Origin: Raillietiella orientalis
Lineage: Eukaryota
Length of the DNA: 64,000 bases
Direction of reading: 5' to 3'
Assembly (NCBI GenBank): GCA_036172245.1
Contig: JAYWIR010000013.1
Span: 2,356,001-2,420,000, forward strand
Below, in pieces: positions 24,067 through 37,599 of the stretch; within the stretch, counting starts at the first letter, position 1; the number at the start of each line of letters is the position of its first letter. Below the pieces are notes generated by a model that saw only the letters and a program-made list of their open reading frames with translations, did no database searches and had not been told where the DNA came from. A program made the translations under genes and the position numbers.

Positions 24067-26139
24067 AACTGCCCGCAGCCTCCCTGGCACCCCCCTTCTT
24101 TCCCACGAGGGGTGCCATCGCAGCCCTTTCTCCCGAGGGAAATACCGAGAGCGAGCAGGCTGGAGGGCCGGGGGGAAGGGGATGGAAGAGAAAGGGGAGG
24201 AAGGCACTCTGCGGAAAGGTCAGTCTGGTGGTGAGGAGACCGAGGGCTGCTGGTGGCCTGGGGAGGAGGGCTCGGTGCAACCTCTCAAAGGGAACCCCCC
24301 CACCCATCTCTTCGGGGCTCCCGGCAGTTTCCACGGTGACGGCTTGAGCGGGGGTGGGGGCAGAGGCGTCCAGAGCACCACCCGCAGGCAGGGCAGAGCG
24401 AACTCCTCGTCGCGGCAGCGACGCCATCTCGCGCATAGAAAGCGAAGCATCCAGAAGTTCTGCAGCTCCCGCCAGGAAGCGATTGTCGCCGACCAAGCGG
24501 GAGGAGGTTCCTTAGGCGGGGGGAGGGGGAATGGACCCCACGAAGGTCTGTGGGAGACAAAGAGAGACCGCAGCTTCGCCCTTTCTCTCCCTGGAAATCA
24601 GATGGTCCACCCCGGTTTCCTGGCGGAGAACCTGGAAGGCGGACGGTGCTTCTCCCTTCCCTGCTTTCCCAGCGGTCCGGCAGCCGGCCCGTTTCCAGGC
24701 TCCCACTCAGTGGACGAGGGGATCGGTGCTCGCCAGAGGGCTCCCACTGGTGCCGTGAGTGGGGAAGGGAAGGGAGCAGAGGGGGGCAGGGCTGAGGGAA
24801 CACGCCACCCTCCCTCTTTCCAGAATCGGCGATCTCCCGATCGACTTTCGGGACACGAAAGGGAAGCTTCTCCCGCCTGCAGTGAGCAGCTGCCCACACG
24901 GAGGGGGGGGGGGTACCCTACCCCTTCTCCCGCCCGTGTGCGCTCCTGTCCTTGACTTCTTGAAGACCCCTGGCACGACACTCCCTCAGATGAACGGCTG
25001 CTCCACGTCGAATCACCACAACCATCTTCGTCGTGTTCTGGTGACGCCCGCCAGCAAGTGTGGCGCGGGTGGCAGCGAATTCCAGGTCAGGCACCAAAAT
25101 CCCTCAGCTTGCTGCATTCTCCTGGACAGTGACTCCCAATGCGAAAGGAAAGAATGGGTAACGGAACAAATAAAGCAAGTTGTCTGGAGGACTTCCGTGC
25201 ACTCTTTTGGATTTTGCACTGCTTTCCGATTATCAAGAGCATGGGGTCCTTGGAGCAGCAGCTGCAAAAGAGAAGGATGAGGGTAGGGATCCACCCTCGT
25301 TCGTGCTCTCCACCTACCGCCCACTTTGTTCTGATTAAGGCTGTCCTTGCACATCCCGATGCTGAAAAGATAAAATCACATAAGTTGCGCGCGGTCGCTT
25401 CGCTGGAGCTTCGCAAGCAGGATTTTGCGACTTCCTGTTCCCGTCGCTCGACGCGTGGCGATTTGCCTCGCGTGCGAGTCGGTCAGGGTGGCACGCGAAT
25501 TCCAAGCAGAAAACACGCTGCACACTTCGTCGACCCATCCTCCCCACGGTACGCATCCTTCGTGCTTTTAAACAGATGCACTGGAATTGTACCTACGATT
25601 CAAATTGTGTCCGTGTGTTCACCAAATGTGGGGCCAACTGCGATTTAAGTACAACTCGATACTATCCGGATACAAGACGGCATTCGTGTCTCAAGGTCCG
25701 TCGATGCTTTCTTTAGCTGCATCTCCTGAAGGAAATGCAAAAGACAATGGCAAATGGAGGGTAGGGTCCTCTAGGAACAAGCATTCTGACCACCATTCAT
25801 CTCTCCTCTCGCCTCTACAGAGTCGGCCTCATGCGCAAAACTGAAATGAAATTGAAGCCACTGCATGCTGCGTCTTTTCTACGGAGAGACTGGATAAGTA
25901 GTGCGGCCGCAGAGGTTAGGATAATATGGGTACTCCCCTCACGTGCTGATAATAGTCCCCCTATTCCTGACTTCTCTGTACAGCGAATCGAACAAGAACG
26001 TGTGCCTCGTGCAAAGCTGGAAAAGTTTCACATCAGCTGCCGAGAAGAGCGGTGCTGCACTGACCTAGGAAGGGCATGGGGGGAAGAGGGATCGATATGA
26101 AGTGGATATTGGAGCTTCATTTGCCTTCGTCAAATGAAG

Positions 26140-26680
26140 TCTACAGCCCTACTACCTAAGTTGCAGAAGAATTACCGAAGCGACTTTCTTCTTCAGCAAG
26201 CAATACAGCCATGCTATGACGCGTACGATGAAGGGAAACTATGAGCAGGGCCGTGTTAGAGATGGTAGCAGCAGTTCACCACTCCGGAGATACGCACATA
26301 CAGAGTTTGCTCCCTGAGCAATGCGGGTCATTAAGGTCGTGATACGGTTCCATTCATGAGATTCGAAAAAATGCAAAAGCTCCGCATTAGATTGCGGCAG
26401 AATGCAGCACATGGGGCGGCAAGGGTCATACTTGTGATCCGTCAGTCTCCATTTACGGTCACACCGAAGTTACACTCAACGTGCTGAATTGCAGAAAGGA
26501 AGCATCATTATCATCCAGCCTTTTTTTTTTTTGCAGACTTCGGATGGCAAGAAGCAGAGACTCTGTGGATGATCGTGGGTGAGTAATAGAATGGAAAGCA
26601 TCGGAAAGAGTGCCCATCGTAAAAGCATGGGCACACCTAGCAAAAAGCCTCTTTGCACATCGAAGGTCCCATTTTGCCCC
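26140..26680 (+). mobile_element. Decayed RTE-like LINE relic (RT domains 1-3)
   Basis: LLPK...NYR..FLL, LPEQCG, FADF...DSVD...WK...MGTPSK in the expected order (compare FIDF.KAFDSVD...LWK.L..MG.P.K). Confidence 0.5.
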
Positions 26681-27203
26681 AAGCGCCCTCAGAGGTCCGC
26701 CCCGCTGAGCGGGAGGCGGGGCAGACCCCATCTTCGTGTGGAAAATGTGGGGTGCGCGTACCGTGGAGAGAGGATGGATGGCGTGCCCGCTGGAAGAAAT
26801 GAATGCCTACAAAGTTGGGCGTGGGTGTACGTGAAAGTCAAAGTTTTCCCACGGAAACGACCTGCGAGGAACATGTAATTGCAGTGCTTCGTTTCCATCA
26901 GTGACGAGCTCGCTCTTTCCTTCTCATTCTTTTGTAGTACATGTGCTGGTTCTTTGGTGATTATCCCTAAGGAACCGTGAAGTACGTAATGTCAGTACTG
27001 TTTCACGGTTTTTGGAAAACAGATTTCCTGTTAAGCACTTTGCTGTGAATATGGAAGATGAAAATTTCAATACTCGAGCTTAATTGGTTACTGTGCATTT
27101 TTCAAGTACTGTTAGAAGGCCGGTGCATGCATGCAAATTATACACAGATCACTTAAAACTTTAATCGTTTATTCCTGTACTGATCCGAATTTTTCATATT
27201 CAG

Positions 27204-28220
27204 TTCGAGGAAAACGGGTATGTCGCAATCAGTAATTTTCTGTCAGATGAGGGCATTCGAAATTTGCAGGAAGAATGTGGAAATTTAGTAAACCAAACAA
27301 TTAGCAAATCAACAGAAAGACACCCTTTTCCCATCTCAGATACTAGAAAGTAAGACCATGATTGCCCACAGAAATACATCTCACAAAGAGCTGCCAACTT
27401 AGTTCAATGATAAATGCTTTCTTGAAAGCAGCTTTCGTATTTCATTTTTCTGTGAAGTTAATGCAAACGAATTCCCTGCTGATGAGACCAATGTCTATGG
27501 TTTGAATAAGAGAGACCATGCGCTACAGTTGCTAAGTGAACCTTTCTAAAGTCTCCTTCAGTAAACAAGTAATCCAGGTGGCTAAAAAATTGAATTTCAT
27601 TGTGCCAGCTATTGTCCAGAGTAAGTACATTTTCAAGAGTCCTTGTGTTGGAAGTACAGTGTAGGTGGGAATGATGCTTCCTTCATTAGCAATGAAAACT
27701 GCTTTCAGTATCACCTCACCAGAATGTTCAGCTTGCTGAATTGGTTGACAATTTGAGACCTTTCATCTGCTAATCCCTGCAAAGTGCTTGGGTTTGTAGT
27801 TTGTGTGGAGCGATATGACAGTTGATAATACCTGTCTATGGTTTATTTCTGGCTCCCATTTGTAGCCCTTGAAGCAACAATGTGTTAGATTAATTAATCC
27901 AGAGTGTGATGATGCTGTAATGAAATTTCAAAGGACCCCTCTTAAAGCAAGCAATGATCAGTTTGTTCCACTTCCTGTGATCAGAGGTTCGCTTTCCCCA
28001 TTGCTGTTCAACAGAAGGTGGTGATTTTTATTCAGGTAGTTGTGTGCTCATTGATGGTTTAGTAGTCCACAAGGGTGAAGCCAGTTGCTCACTGCTACCA
28101 CATCCAGCTTATTCCATCCACATCACAGAGATGCATGAAAGTTCTCATGCTGCAGAGAACTGACTGCAATCTCCACAAGGGAAATCTTTTGTCCCTCTTT
28201 TGTGCTCACACTACAGTTGA
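27204..28220 (+). pseudogene. PHYHD1: Unprocessed pseudogene of phytanoyl-CoA dioxygenase domain-containing protein 1 (2OG-Fe(II) oxygenase)
   Basis: Collinear peptide blocks: FEENGYVAISNFLSDE; FLESSFRISFFCE...GLNKRDHALQ; VQSKYIFKSPCVG; SPHQN; KVLGF; DMTVDNTCLWFISGSH; QFVPLPVIRGSCVLIDGLVVHK; EN*LQSP...FVPL. Lesions are TAA/frameshift at about 27547, TAG 27863-27865, TGA 28161-28163 replacing a conserved Trp, and further frameshifts. Introns of 53 bp (27350-27402) and 49 bp (27987-28035) are retained. Confidence 0.88.
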
Positions 28221-29942
28221 ATGATATATCCAAATTATCTTCTGAAAAGCAGTTCCATGTACATGCACTCAGATTGAAGATTTTCAAAGAAAACTGTGGT
28301 AATCATAGGAAGAACAAGTAAATTACCGTAGAAGAGAATAAAAGTGCATTTTCACCCATTTTAAGGCACAGGAGGCATTGCAGTAATACTGACCAACTTA
28401 ATCCATAAAAGCATTTGTGAACCAATATGATTCCTTTAACTGAACTGGCACCACCTATCGGATCTTCTGCTATGTGATTTTTCTTCAAAGTAAAGCAGCA
28501 TTTCGGTCATCAGCAGTTGAAGTCAAAAGTTGTTGGGTTTCTGATGCCCAGCAACATTTTGCAGTAGGCATGTCAAGTAATTCTTGATACTGTATGTGGT
28601 TCTCATCAATTGAATATCACGATCAACTTACTGAGAATGCAACCAGGAGCAATATCCTTTGTGGTTAATGCCAGTGAAAACGAATGGCCCAGACTTAAAA
28701 GTTGCCATATGGAAATGTCGCCTTTGATTGAGAAATAAGGTATTAGGCATGCTTGCACAAAAAGAATGAAGCAGAATACACCGTGCTTGATTACTATGTG
28801 TCAGGAAGACGTATACTTACGTAAGATGTTAAGAGTGTACACGGGTTTGGTCTCAAAGGCCGCATTCCAGCCACTGAACGCCCAGGGACCACGAGGGGTC
28901 GCTACCCAGCAGGCAGCGCCCGAAGGGCTGTCCACTGCCAGCGTGCGGGCGACAGCAGCAGACGCCGAAGAGCGCGGATGTCCATTCGAAAGTCCGGCGA
29001 AAGTGTCCCAAATGGCGGAACTTTCCGCGTGTTGCCAACGTCCACGTTGAAAAGCACAACTTTGCACTCTAGCCGTAGGTGTTACACGACCGTCGCTCTT
29101 CGTACTTTTGTGGTTGTCGCAGTGCTTTCCGGTTGGGCAGCGTTGGCGATTGGCGTACGAATAAGCAGACCGGAAGTGCATTACCATCTCTCGTTTCGGA
29201 TATTTAGTTGGGGGTCTTGGAGCCGTAGCGGGGTTTGCTCCAGGAAGGGCATTTGGTTTGGGTGGCTCTCAATCCCATAAATTTCGGAGATATGTTTCTT
29301 CTGAGGAAAATTAAGTTATTTGAGGTATCCCTGCCCATGAGAGAAGCGTGAGCTGTAGACTTTTTAGCTGACCGTATAAATGTAGCCGCATTTTCATGAC
29401 AATGGTGTGCACTTTGTGCGATTTCATAAAAATGGGAAACATTTGACGGTGGTGTATCTCCACCTATTAGGACCAGCTTCCTCTTAGGACAATGGGAAAC
29501 CATGCAACGCTGCCTCGCTGGCCTTTAGCCTGCCCAGGGACCCGAGTGGACGATTTCCTGAATGACAGCATGGTCTAGGTGGGTCCACCGACTCCGGGGG
29601 TACGTGAAAGGCCTTGTAACACAGCCTTGTTCTGGGGCCTTTGCAACAGAATGATATGGCATCAGAAACGAGGGGATGCTACATAATTTCAATGATGTCA
29701 GATGTGATCCTATGCGGAGAGCTTTTTTTCGTGTACTGATCTTGGCAAGCAAGGATGATCGTGTTCAAACTGCCCGAAGGAAAACTCCATTCTTGCTGAG
29801 CCGATGATAGAAAATGCAAAGAGAATCTCCTCCTCCTCCTACGCGTTTGTGCTTTGATTTCTCACATTACTTCCTGTACACTCTCTAACAGAATTATAAC
29901 TGTAGATCGTTTTCGAGGCTTCATTTGACATTTGGTTGGAAA

Positions 29943-29996
29943 ACATATTTTTTTTGATATACACTGGATGAGACATATTTTTTTTGAGATACACTG
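29943..29996. repeat. Imperfect tandem duplication, 30-bp period
   Basis: acatat(t)n-ga[t/g]atacactg occurs at 29943 and 29973. Confidence 0.85.
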
Positions 29997-30849
29997 TGCA
30001 TGGGCTCGATTTCTTCCAAACTTGCTAATCGATTTTTGGTAATCACTGCTTCTTATAATTGTAACCATCATTTGCTTCGGAATCTGAGAATGCCAATGAA
30101 TTGAAACCTTAGCACAAGTTGGCAATTTTTCGAAGGCTTCTGTTTCCCACAAGTCGAAACACCCGCAGGAATACTCTGGTTTGTGTGGGAAGCCTGCCTA
30201 CGATAGGTTCTCCCCCCACCCTTATTTTTCTCTGCCTCTACCCAAGCTGTTGTGAGGTTGTGCAGCTTGTGAATACGCTTCGCAAAAGACTTCACACATT
30301 ATGTCAGTGTGGAAAAACAACAGTTATTGTTTGTGGCATTCGGATTCACTGTTCAATTGCTGGATCTTCTGAAAAAATCTTCCTTGTGATCATCTCGCGA
30401 TTGATAACAGTTCATAGACGAAAGATCTCGCAAGCACGTCGTTTCCCACCTTAGGAATGCAAACAACGCCTAAGAGTTTCTCGAAATCTCGAAGGATGTC
30501 GGAGAATAACCATGGAAAAAACAAAAAAACAAAAGAAGAAGATGGCAGCATCTTGCTTGGCATTAAAAGATAGCATGGCAACCACATCCTGACTCTTGCC
30601 AACGGTATCGCTTCTCTCACTACTTACCATAGCAATTCTAATGATGCTTTTATGGTTCAAATTAGGCTCCGGTGCTCGAATGCCTTGCTGCCTCGTTCCA
30701 TTTGCATTTTATATGAATTTTTTTTTTGATTCTATGCTATCTTTCTTACGGCGTGAACATTTGCATTTTGTTCACAATCATAATATCACAAACATTTCAA
30801 CTGTGAGTGCTTTACTTTCGTAATGGAACGATAAAAGGTAAATGAAGCA

Positions 30850-31300
30850 GCCGCCCAAGCATGCATCATCACGGAAAGGAAGCCAAGCACCAAACTGGAA
30901 GGAGCAGTGTCTTTGGAAGCTCTACCGCATCTCCAGCACGGAAGAGTCATCACCATCCAAAACGATAGAGTATTCACCAATACCTGTGCAAACGGGGTTT
31001 GCTGGAGTCGGTGAAAGTGGCAGCTCCTGCTCTAGTCCCGTATCATTTGTGAAAACGGCGATGCTTTAAAGATCATGAAAACAGAAGACGTAGATCTCGA
31101 GGCACCTCAACTTTGAACTCATGAAAACCACAGTTTCTGAAGATGCAGTGCTCCAAAGCGACAGGGAAAAAAAGAGAAACTGCCGCCAAATCTTCACATT
31201 ATGACCAGACTGTTGAATATACGAGACTATTGCCATCAAATCACAAAGACCCAAAACTTTCTACCTCTGATTAGCGGAGAAATACAAAGAGAGGCTACAA
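30850..31300 (+). mobile_element. Possible LINE RT relic
   Basis: LWKL and IPVQTG...G...SSPVSF resemble RT domains 3-4. Weak. Confidence 0.25.
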
Positions 31301-31759
31301 AAATCTCTTTGTCTCCCAGCATCGGAACACGCATGGACTGGCAATCCAAATTGCTGAAGTTAATGTAAGGGATTTTGATGGATGCAGAATTGGTCCGCAG
31401 ATGGACAGATCGACGAATGCAAACGAAAACACTCAGTCATGCCACTTGATCATTTTATAGGCAACGAGGAAACCGGGAAATACCATCTGCAACGAGGGGA
31501 GCACGTGAACATTCAGCGTGTACCGAAAACAGACTTTACAGCTTTCTTGGAAACAGTGGCTGAGAAGACTCAATAAATAATGCAAACTTCATCCCGAACT
31601 CTTCAATCGTGCATTTTTAACGCAGATACCCTTAAAGTTCATTATGGGATATTTCCATGAAATCACATGTGTATATGTGTGTGTATGTGTTTTTCTTGTA
31701 CATTTCTAAATTCTCTCCCATAACTGGTCACCAGCTTTCGTCGCTTGTACTACGTAAGA

Positions 31760-33250
31760 GAAGCCCGATGCAGCCCCAACTCGTTGCTCCTGCATCGAAA
31801 AACTCTTCAGGATGAAAGCGACCACATCCTGACCTTCCTTGGCTCAAACTGCACAAAGCTGAACAGCATGCAATCCGAGTCTTGAAGACCCACTCGTTCA
31901 AGGTGCGGATCACGGTTCAGAAACGTTCCTCGATGGCGGAGGTGGGTTTCGGAAATCAAACAGGCAATTCGTGGTGGGTGGTGCAAAGGCGAACGTATGT
32001 GCAGGCACACGTGGACATGTGGTCACGAGTAGGTTCGAGCGTAGCGCTTGCTTAAATAGGTGCAATTCCATACTTTTTGAATTGTCAGAACGGCATGTGA
32101 CCACAACTGTCTTTGGCGTTTCATCTGAATTCTGATCTTCCATTTGCGATATGACAAGTTGCCAAAAACAAATGCTGATTTTGTGAAGCATTGCCCAAGC
32201 GGCAAACGGATCCCGTGAACGAAGGTCCATTTCGTTCGGCCCAAGCGCACGGGTAATTGGGAACGAAATTCTAATGCGAAGGCTTCCAGCCTTTATTACA
32301 ACCACGTCTGGGCAGTAAGGGGTGATCGAAAAGTGCAACCGAACGCCGCAACATGGGCGCCGCTCGCCTGCACACGGGAGGCACGTGTACGCCACAACGT
32401 GTACAGCAGTCACTCCCGGTTTCAACGCGTTTCTGCACTTCTCGTTTCACCGTGGCTTTGGATGAGGTCATCCCGGCCTGGCTTGGACATGCGGTTGCGT
32501 CCCCTCTCGCTGGGCGTCCGTCATGTTCTCTTCCGTCGTTTCCTCACCATGAAGTTTCCCATCGCCTAGCGGAAGTCATTGATCACAGCAGACCTTGACG
32601 TATTTTGAACAAGCGTCACTGCTGAGGATGACTTTCGAGGATTCGCAGGGAATGATTAACGTGGATTCGCAATCGAAGCAGCCTGTCGAACACTTTCGCA
32701 AATTCAGCGCATCAAATGCAGCATTCTGTAGATTTAGCTTTCTTCCACACTAAATTTTGAAACCTTTTGCTCAGTTCCATTCACGGTGCCCTTGGAAGCG
32801 TCCCAGCCTATTGTGAAATCCTCCCTCGTGTCTTCTACAGCCCAGATTTTCCAGGTCCTATGCCGAGCAGGAATCCGGGTTTCACTCCACATCCAAGTTC
32901 ACTTCGCCATTTGTCTGCGATCCCGAGAGGAAACGCAGCCTCCGAAGGACCGCGCATCGGCAACTTATTCCAGTCGCTACAATCTTCTACGAATCCCTTT
33001 AATCAACTCACAGGAGATTCGAGAAACACCTCCGCTTTTGCCGCCCTTGTTGCTTCAGCCAAGCTGACCATTGGCTGCGTCCCCGTCTGCAGAATCTCCT
33101 CCTCTCAGTCCTTGGGTAGAAATTGAAAATGTTTCATCCGCTGTGGTTTGCTGATTTGATGGAAGAGGTCTCGCGAAAGTAAATTTCCATCTCCATGCTT
33201 GTTACTCCTGAATAAATCAATCTGTCGAAACCACCATTTTTCAATCACTC
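31760..33250 (-). mobile_element. Decayed RTE-like LINE relic (RT domain 4 to C-terminus)
   Basis: GVKPGFLL (compare GVRQGCLL), AAWAMLHKISICFW...KTVVVTC...SKSMEL (compare AAW..F.KL..IW...KT.V...LYGSE.W.L). Confidence 0.45.
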
Positions 33251-36200
33251 TGGAGAAACCTATTATGCCGTCATGACAGACTCCGAGCTTCACAGAGACA
33301 AGAGCACCTATTTGGCTCCAGAGATTTTGCTAGGGTGCAAATCTCCTCTGTACGTGCGCAGAGCAAGAGAGGAACAAAAAATTACGTTGCGCAGGCACTT
33401 TCTTACTGCAGAAAGCTGATCCATGCGACTTTTTGTTTTTTAAAGTATCCATTAGACATCTCATAAACGAGGGATTCTCCTTAGATGGATTGTACGCTTC
33501 TCCTTTCCTTTTGCAGATGAGTTTATCAAGGTATCTGGTTCGTCAGTTATCGTAATGTGTTTCATTCATCGTTCCGTTTCAAAGTTCACTTCCTGTTAAT
33601 TAGCATCCTTAACGACTTGTTTTTTTTTTTTTTTTTTTTTAATTCTGTTAAATGAGGGGGGTCCTGTTCGCGAGACTACGTTTCGACTGCTGTGGTTCAC
33701 GTGCCAGCAGGGAGACAAATCATCCTCTCTCTGCAGAGCGCGAGCATAGAGTCAACATGGCGCACATGAAATGCTGTGGTCATCTGCAGGAAAAGGGCAA
33801 CATCGTGGAGGATTTTTCGTGCGTGCAAGAAACGGAGGGAACAGCGAAAAGGAGTGAGGAGGAAGGAAGGAGAATGTATGCCGAAGAAACGGCAACGCGA
33901 CTGAGGAAACGACGGGTCTTCAAAAGCACACAGATTGTGGCTTTAATTCTGAGAATTCCGCTTGCCAGTTGATCAAAGAGGAATAGTCTGCTCTCGCATT
34001 CTGAGAAGCTTCGCCCTCTTAACGTGACAACTACATCTTTATTACAAAGAATTCATCAAGGAGATGGAATGGCGTTCTTTCAAAAATTCTTGGAGAAAGG
34101 GGAGGTGAGCTATAAATACAAAAGTGGTGTCTTTCTTACAGGGATTCCCCACAGCTCAGCAGTCATCATCACATGTATCGAGGCAAATGAGAATGCTTAT
34201 ACTTTATCCTTATGGACGAATATCTTGTTTTCCCATTGAAGAGTGTCTTCCCTGCTCCAGCCCCGGAGTGTTTTTCACGGCTCACGAAGCCCAGTAGAGG
34301 CTTGCACGTGGAAACATTCTCTTTCGTTAGGATCTCCATCTCTTTAATTCGGAGATAATGCTCCATGGCTTTGAAAATCAGCTGGTTTCTGCCCGATGGC
34401 TTGTTCGGGGCACTAACGTTCCTTTTCAACGCTGCCTGACGCTTGGTGAAGGATGGCAGTAAACGAAACGCCGTAAACCAACACAAAAGAATGGCTAATG
34501 GTATGAGAATACATAAAAGTTTGCTGAATGCTTGAGTACAAGAATTCAGCGTGGATTTCTTCATGCTTTTTTTTTGTCCTCTCTCTCTCTCTCAGGGGCA
34601 ACAGCACTTCTGCATACTTCTCTTTTCCCCTTCTTCTTCAAATTCTTTTTTTTTTTTTTAAAAAAAAAAGAAAAAACAATGACACAAATCTAAAACAAGA
34701 AGTTGCTGTAAAAACAGGCAATGGACGTGCGGCCATCATGAATTTGACCAATTACTTTTAACAAGTTTCGATTACACCATTCTGGCACACACGCAAAGAC
34801 AGGCTACCGGTGAAAACCCACATCTCTTCACGAGAACTTCTGCATCTGCTTTGGCAACGGATTCAATGGATGAATAATAACTGAGAAAAAATTCGCTGCC
34901 CAATGCAACTGATTGAATTGCCTGCAAATCGAGACTTTGACGGAACTTGGGGTCTCTTTGGCGTTTCACCCCTCCATCCATCACCAAGCAAACGCAGAAG
35001 ACTTAGCGGCAAAATGCCCTCTATGAAAGGGAATGTCTGAGAGGCTACACAAACATCTTTCTGCTTCTAGGCAAAACTTTCATCTTTTTTTTTGGTTGTC
35101 TATAATTTCATCTGGCGTTAAAACTAGAGTCCGGCTATTTTCATTTGAAGATCTTATTTATGCTAAAAGTTACTTGATCAATGAAGTCATTTCATCAATG
35201 ACAATTCCTCAGCGATTATTATCATCATTTTCAAACGTTTTTCGTATACGGATACATGTAGCATCGGAAAAACTTAAATCATCGTATTTGAATACGAGGA
35301 AAAGTTTTCTCCGATATGTTCAGCAATTTCACGTGAAGGGTTGAGGATTTCTACTGCACTTCAGCAAGTCACGTTATTTAGTCAAGAGACACTGTTTCAG
35401 GACGAGAATGGCTGGTTATTTCGTAGAAAGCCGCTGTTTTCTTTATGTCATCTTGAATGAATAAGAGCGGTTTTCAAAAAGTTTTTTTTCTTTTTTTAAC
35501 AGCAAGATTCTGTACTCTATGATCTGCAAGCTATACGGCTATTGAAATCTACAAAGTCAACGCATTGTCTACAATGCTACAAATTATCACCGCTCATTTT
35601 CAACGCTAAGCAAATGGTCAAAATTAATGGCATATCAAGCAGACGCTAAAAGATAATCAATTAATTAACAGACACAAATAACCACGTTTCTTGTACGAAA
35701 ATTATCATCGGGAAGCATGAACCAAACCGAGACACTGAAGTAATTTCAAGATGATGCCCAAGAATGTCAAAATCATTGTTGAAGTTATGGATGCCAGAAG
35801 ACTTTTTCATAATGAATCTTTTGGAGTTTCGTAGGGAGCTGTTGCGTTTTCTTTCAAAGCCACGTAATCTTTTCACAAAGCATCCATTGTGTCATACGAA
35901 TAAAAAAAAAAAAAGAGAAAAAATGAAAGAAAGAAAGATCCAGAAGGTAACAGAAGATGATTGATTCTCAGAAGCAGAGCGTAGAGCGTCTCAAAAATGT
36001 GCTTAGAATATATAAAGAGTTTTTTGTGTGTGTCCTTTTAATAAATCCCAATCATTGCTTGAGAACAATCCACCATGACCCACAGAATCTCAGAATAAGA
36101 AAGAAATGGACAAAAAGCATGTGTGTTTGCTTCCTCATTTTGCTGATGTCACTGATTTTTTCCACTCTCTTGCTGCATAGCCAAACGATTGAATTCACTT

Positions 36201-37407
36201 CTTACAGGGTAGAACTCTTCAATCAAGAGAACACTTAAAACTAAACATTCATTTTAGTGAATCACATCATTAAACCACCTTCTTCCCAGAATGAATAATA
36301 ACAAACAGGTGTGTTATTTCTGATTAGCCACTTCACGATTGAGGTGTGTAATTTCATTTGTATGATTAATAGCATTCTTCTTTCACAACATAGTAGGTAA
36401 TTTAATGATTGTAAATGCTCAGCTATTTCAGTAGAAACGAAACAAAGAGAAACAACATCATAATTTTGACATGATACTTGAAACGCTTTCCCATACGAAA
36501 AGAATTCTTCCTTAACTAAAAACTAAAGTCAAGAAGGATTAAAGGATGCATTGAAGTTTTTCAGAAGGGATGTGCATCTAAAAAGGATATTTGCTTGATT
36601 ATGATTAAGGTTTTTCTTGCTTAGCTGAAAGTATGTAAGAACAGCTGTTGCATTCACAACATGCAGCGTAGTAATACATCTTATGAGGTAAGACTAGTGA
36701 TGTCTTCCATTAAGGTCATCTCAAAAACTGCATCTGTTAATGAGATACTTGGTCATGTTCATAGTCCAAGAGACAAATTCATTAATGTTTTAAGAACACA
36801 CTGTAACTTAAATGCAACTCAGTAACTGATGATTTTATATGTTTACTATTTCTGGTAAATTGTATGAGAAAATTAAGCAGAGCAACTTTCGCGTTTGGAT
36901 TGCAGCTTATGAAATCTTGGTGGCGCATTCGCAGTGGCTACTGCAGTGCAATTGAAGAAGTGTAATAAAAGCATAGAATGACAAAAATCAAAACTATAAC
37001 GGAAATAAGAAAACTACGTAAACCTACAGAGTAAAAACGTTATGTAACTACTAATCGCTCTGGAATAAATTTCAGTCAACTTCTGACTATAACTTTTAAC
37101 TTACATATATGTATATATATTTAAGTTACACACACACACACACGTAATACGAAATATATACGAAATTCCTGAAACAAAATGAAGCTTATGCTTTACTTCA
37201 CTTGTTTTTAACATTAGCGTCTATTATTTCTACATCAACAATTCGTTCCCGAACTGTTTTGCAATATATTCATCACATTATAGTAACCACTAAATAAATT
37301 TTCCTGCTTTTGTTTTCAGAACGCGAAAGTTTCTTTTCCGAAAGTGAACTTTGCAAAACTGATTCTGGGAGTTACACACACGCACATTCACCCACACAAA
37401 AAAAAAA

Positions 37408-37599
37408 ATGATGCGTAGACCTCCAACACGAATTGAATTGAAACTAGAGGATCTTCAGGAATTTGAATCACAAAAAACCTTATTGGATAACAAGAAGTCT
37501 TCAGCAGAATCTCATGTAAAAACACGTCAAGATATTGTTCAGGAAAAAATTGGCTATAAACCACGTAATACCCAGGAACGGCACACTTCTGCTGTATAG
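37408..37599 (+). CDS. CDC26: Anaphase-promoting complex subunit CDC26 (APC12), 63 aa, single coding exon
   Basis: [20 protein letters not shown] matches the CDC26 N-terminal motif [34 protein letters not shown] matches the C-terminal R..I..RIGYKP motif. Upstream 5'UTR acceptor ttttgttttcag ends at 37319. Confidence 0.92.
   Translation: [63 protein letters not shown]

Noticed and set aside
33960..36800. Fragments faintly resembling LINE or mariner proteins in the AT-rich region
   Set aside because: Motifs are too degenerate and not in a convincing order to support a call.
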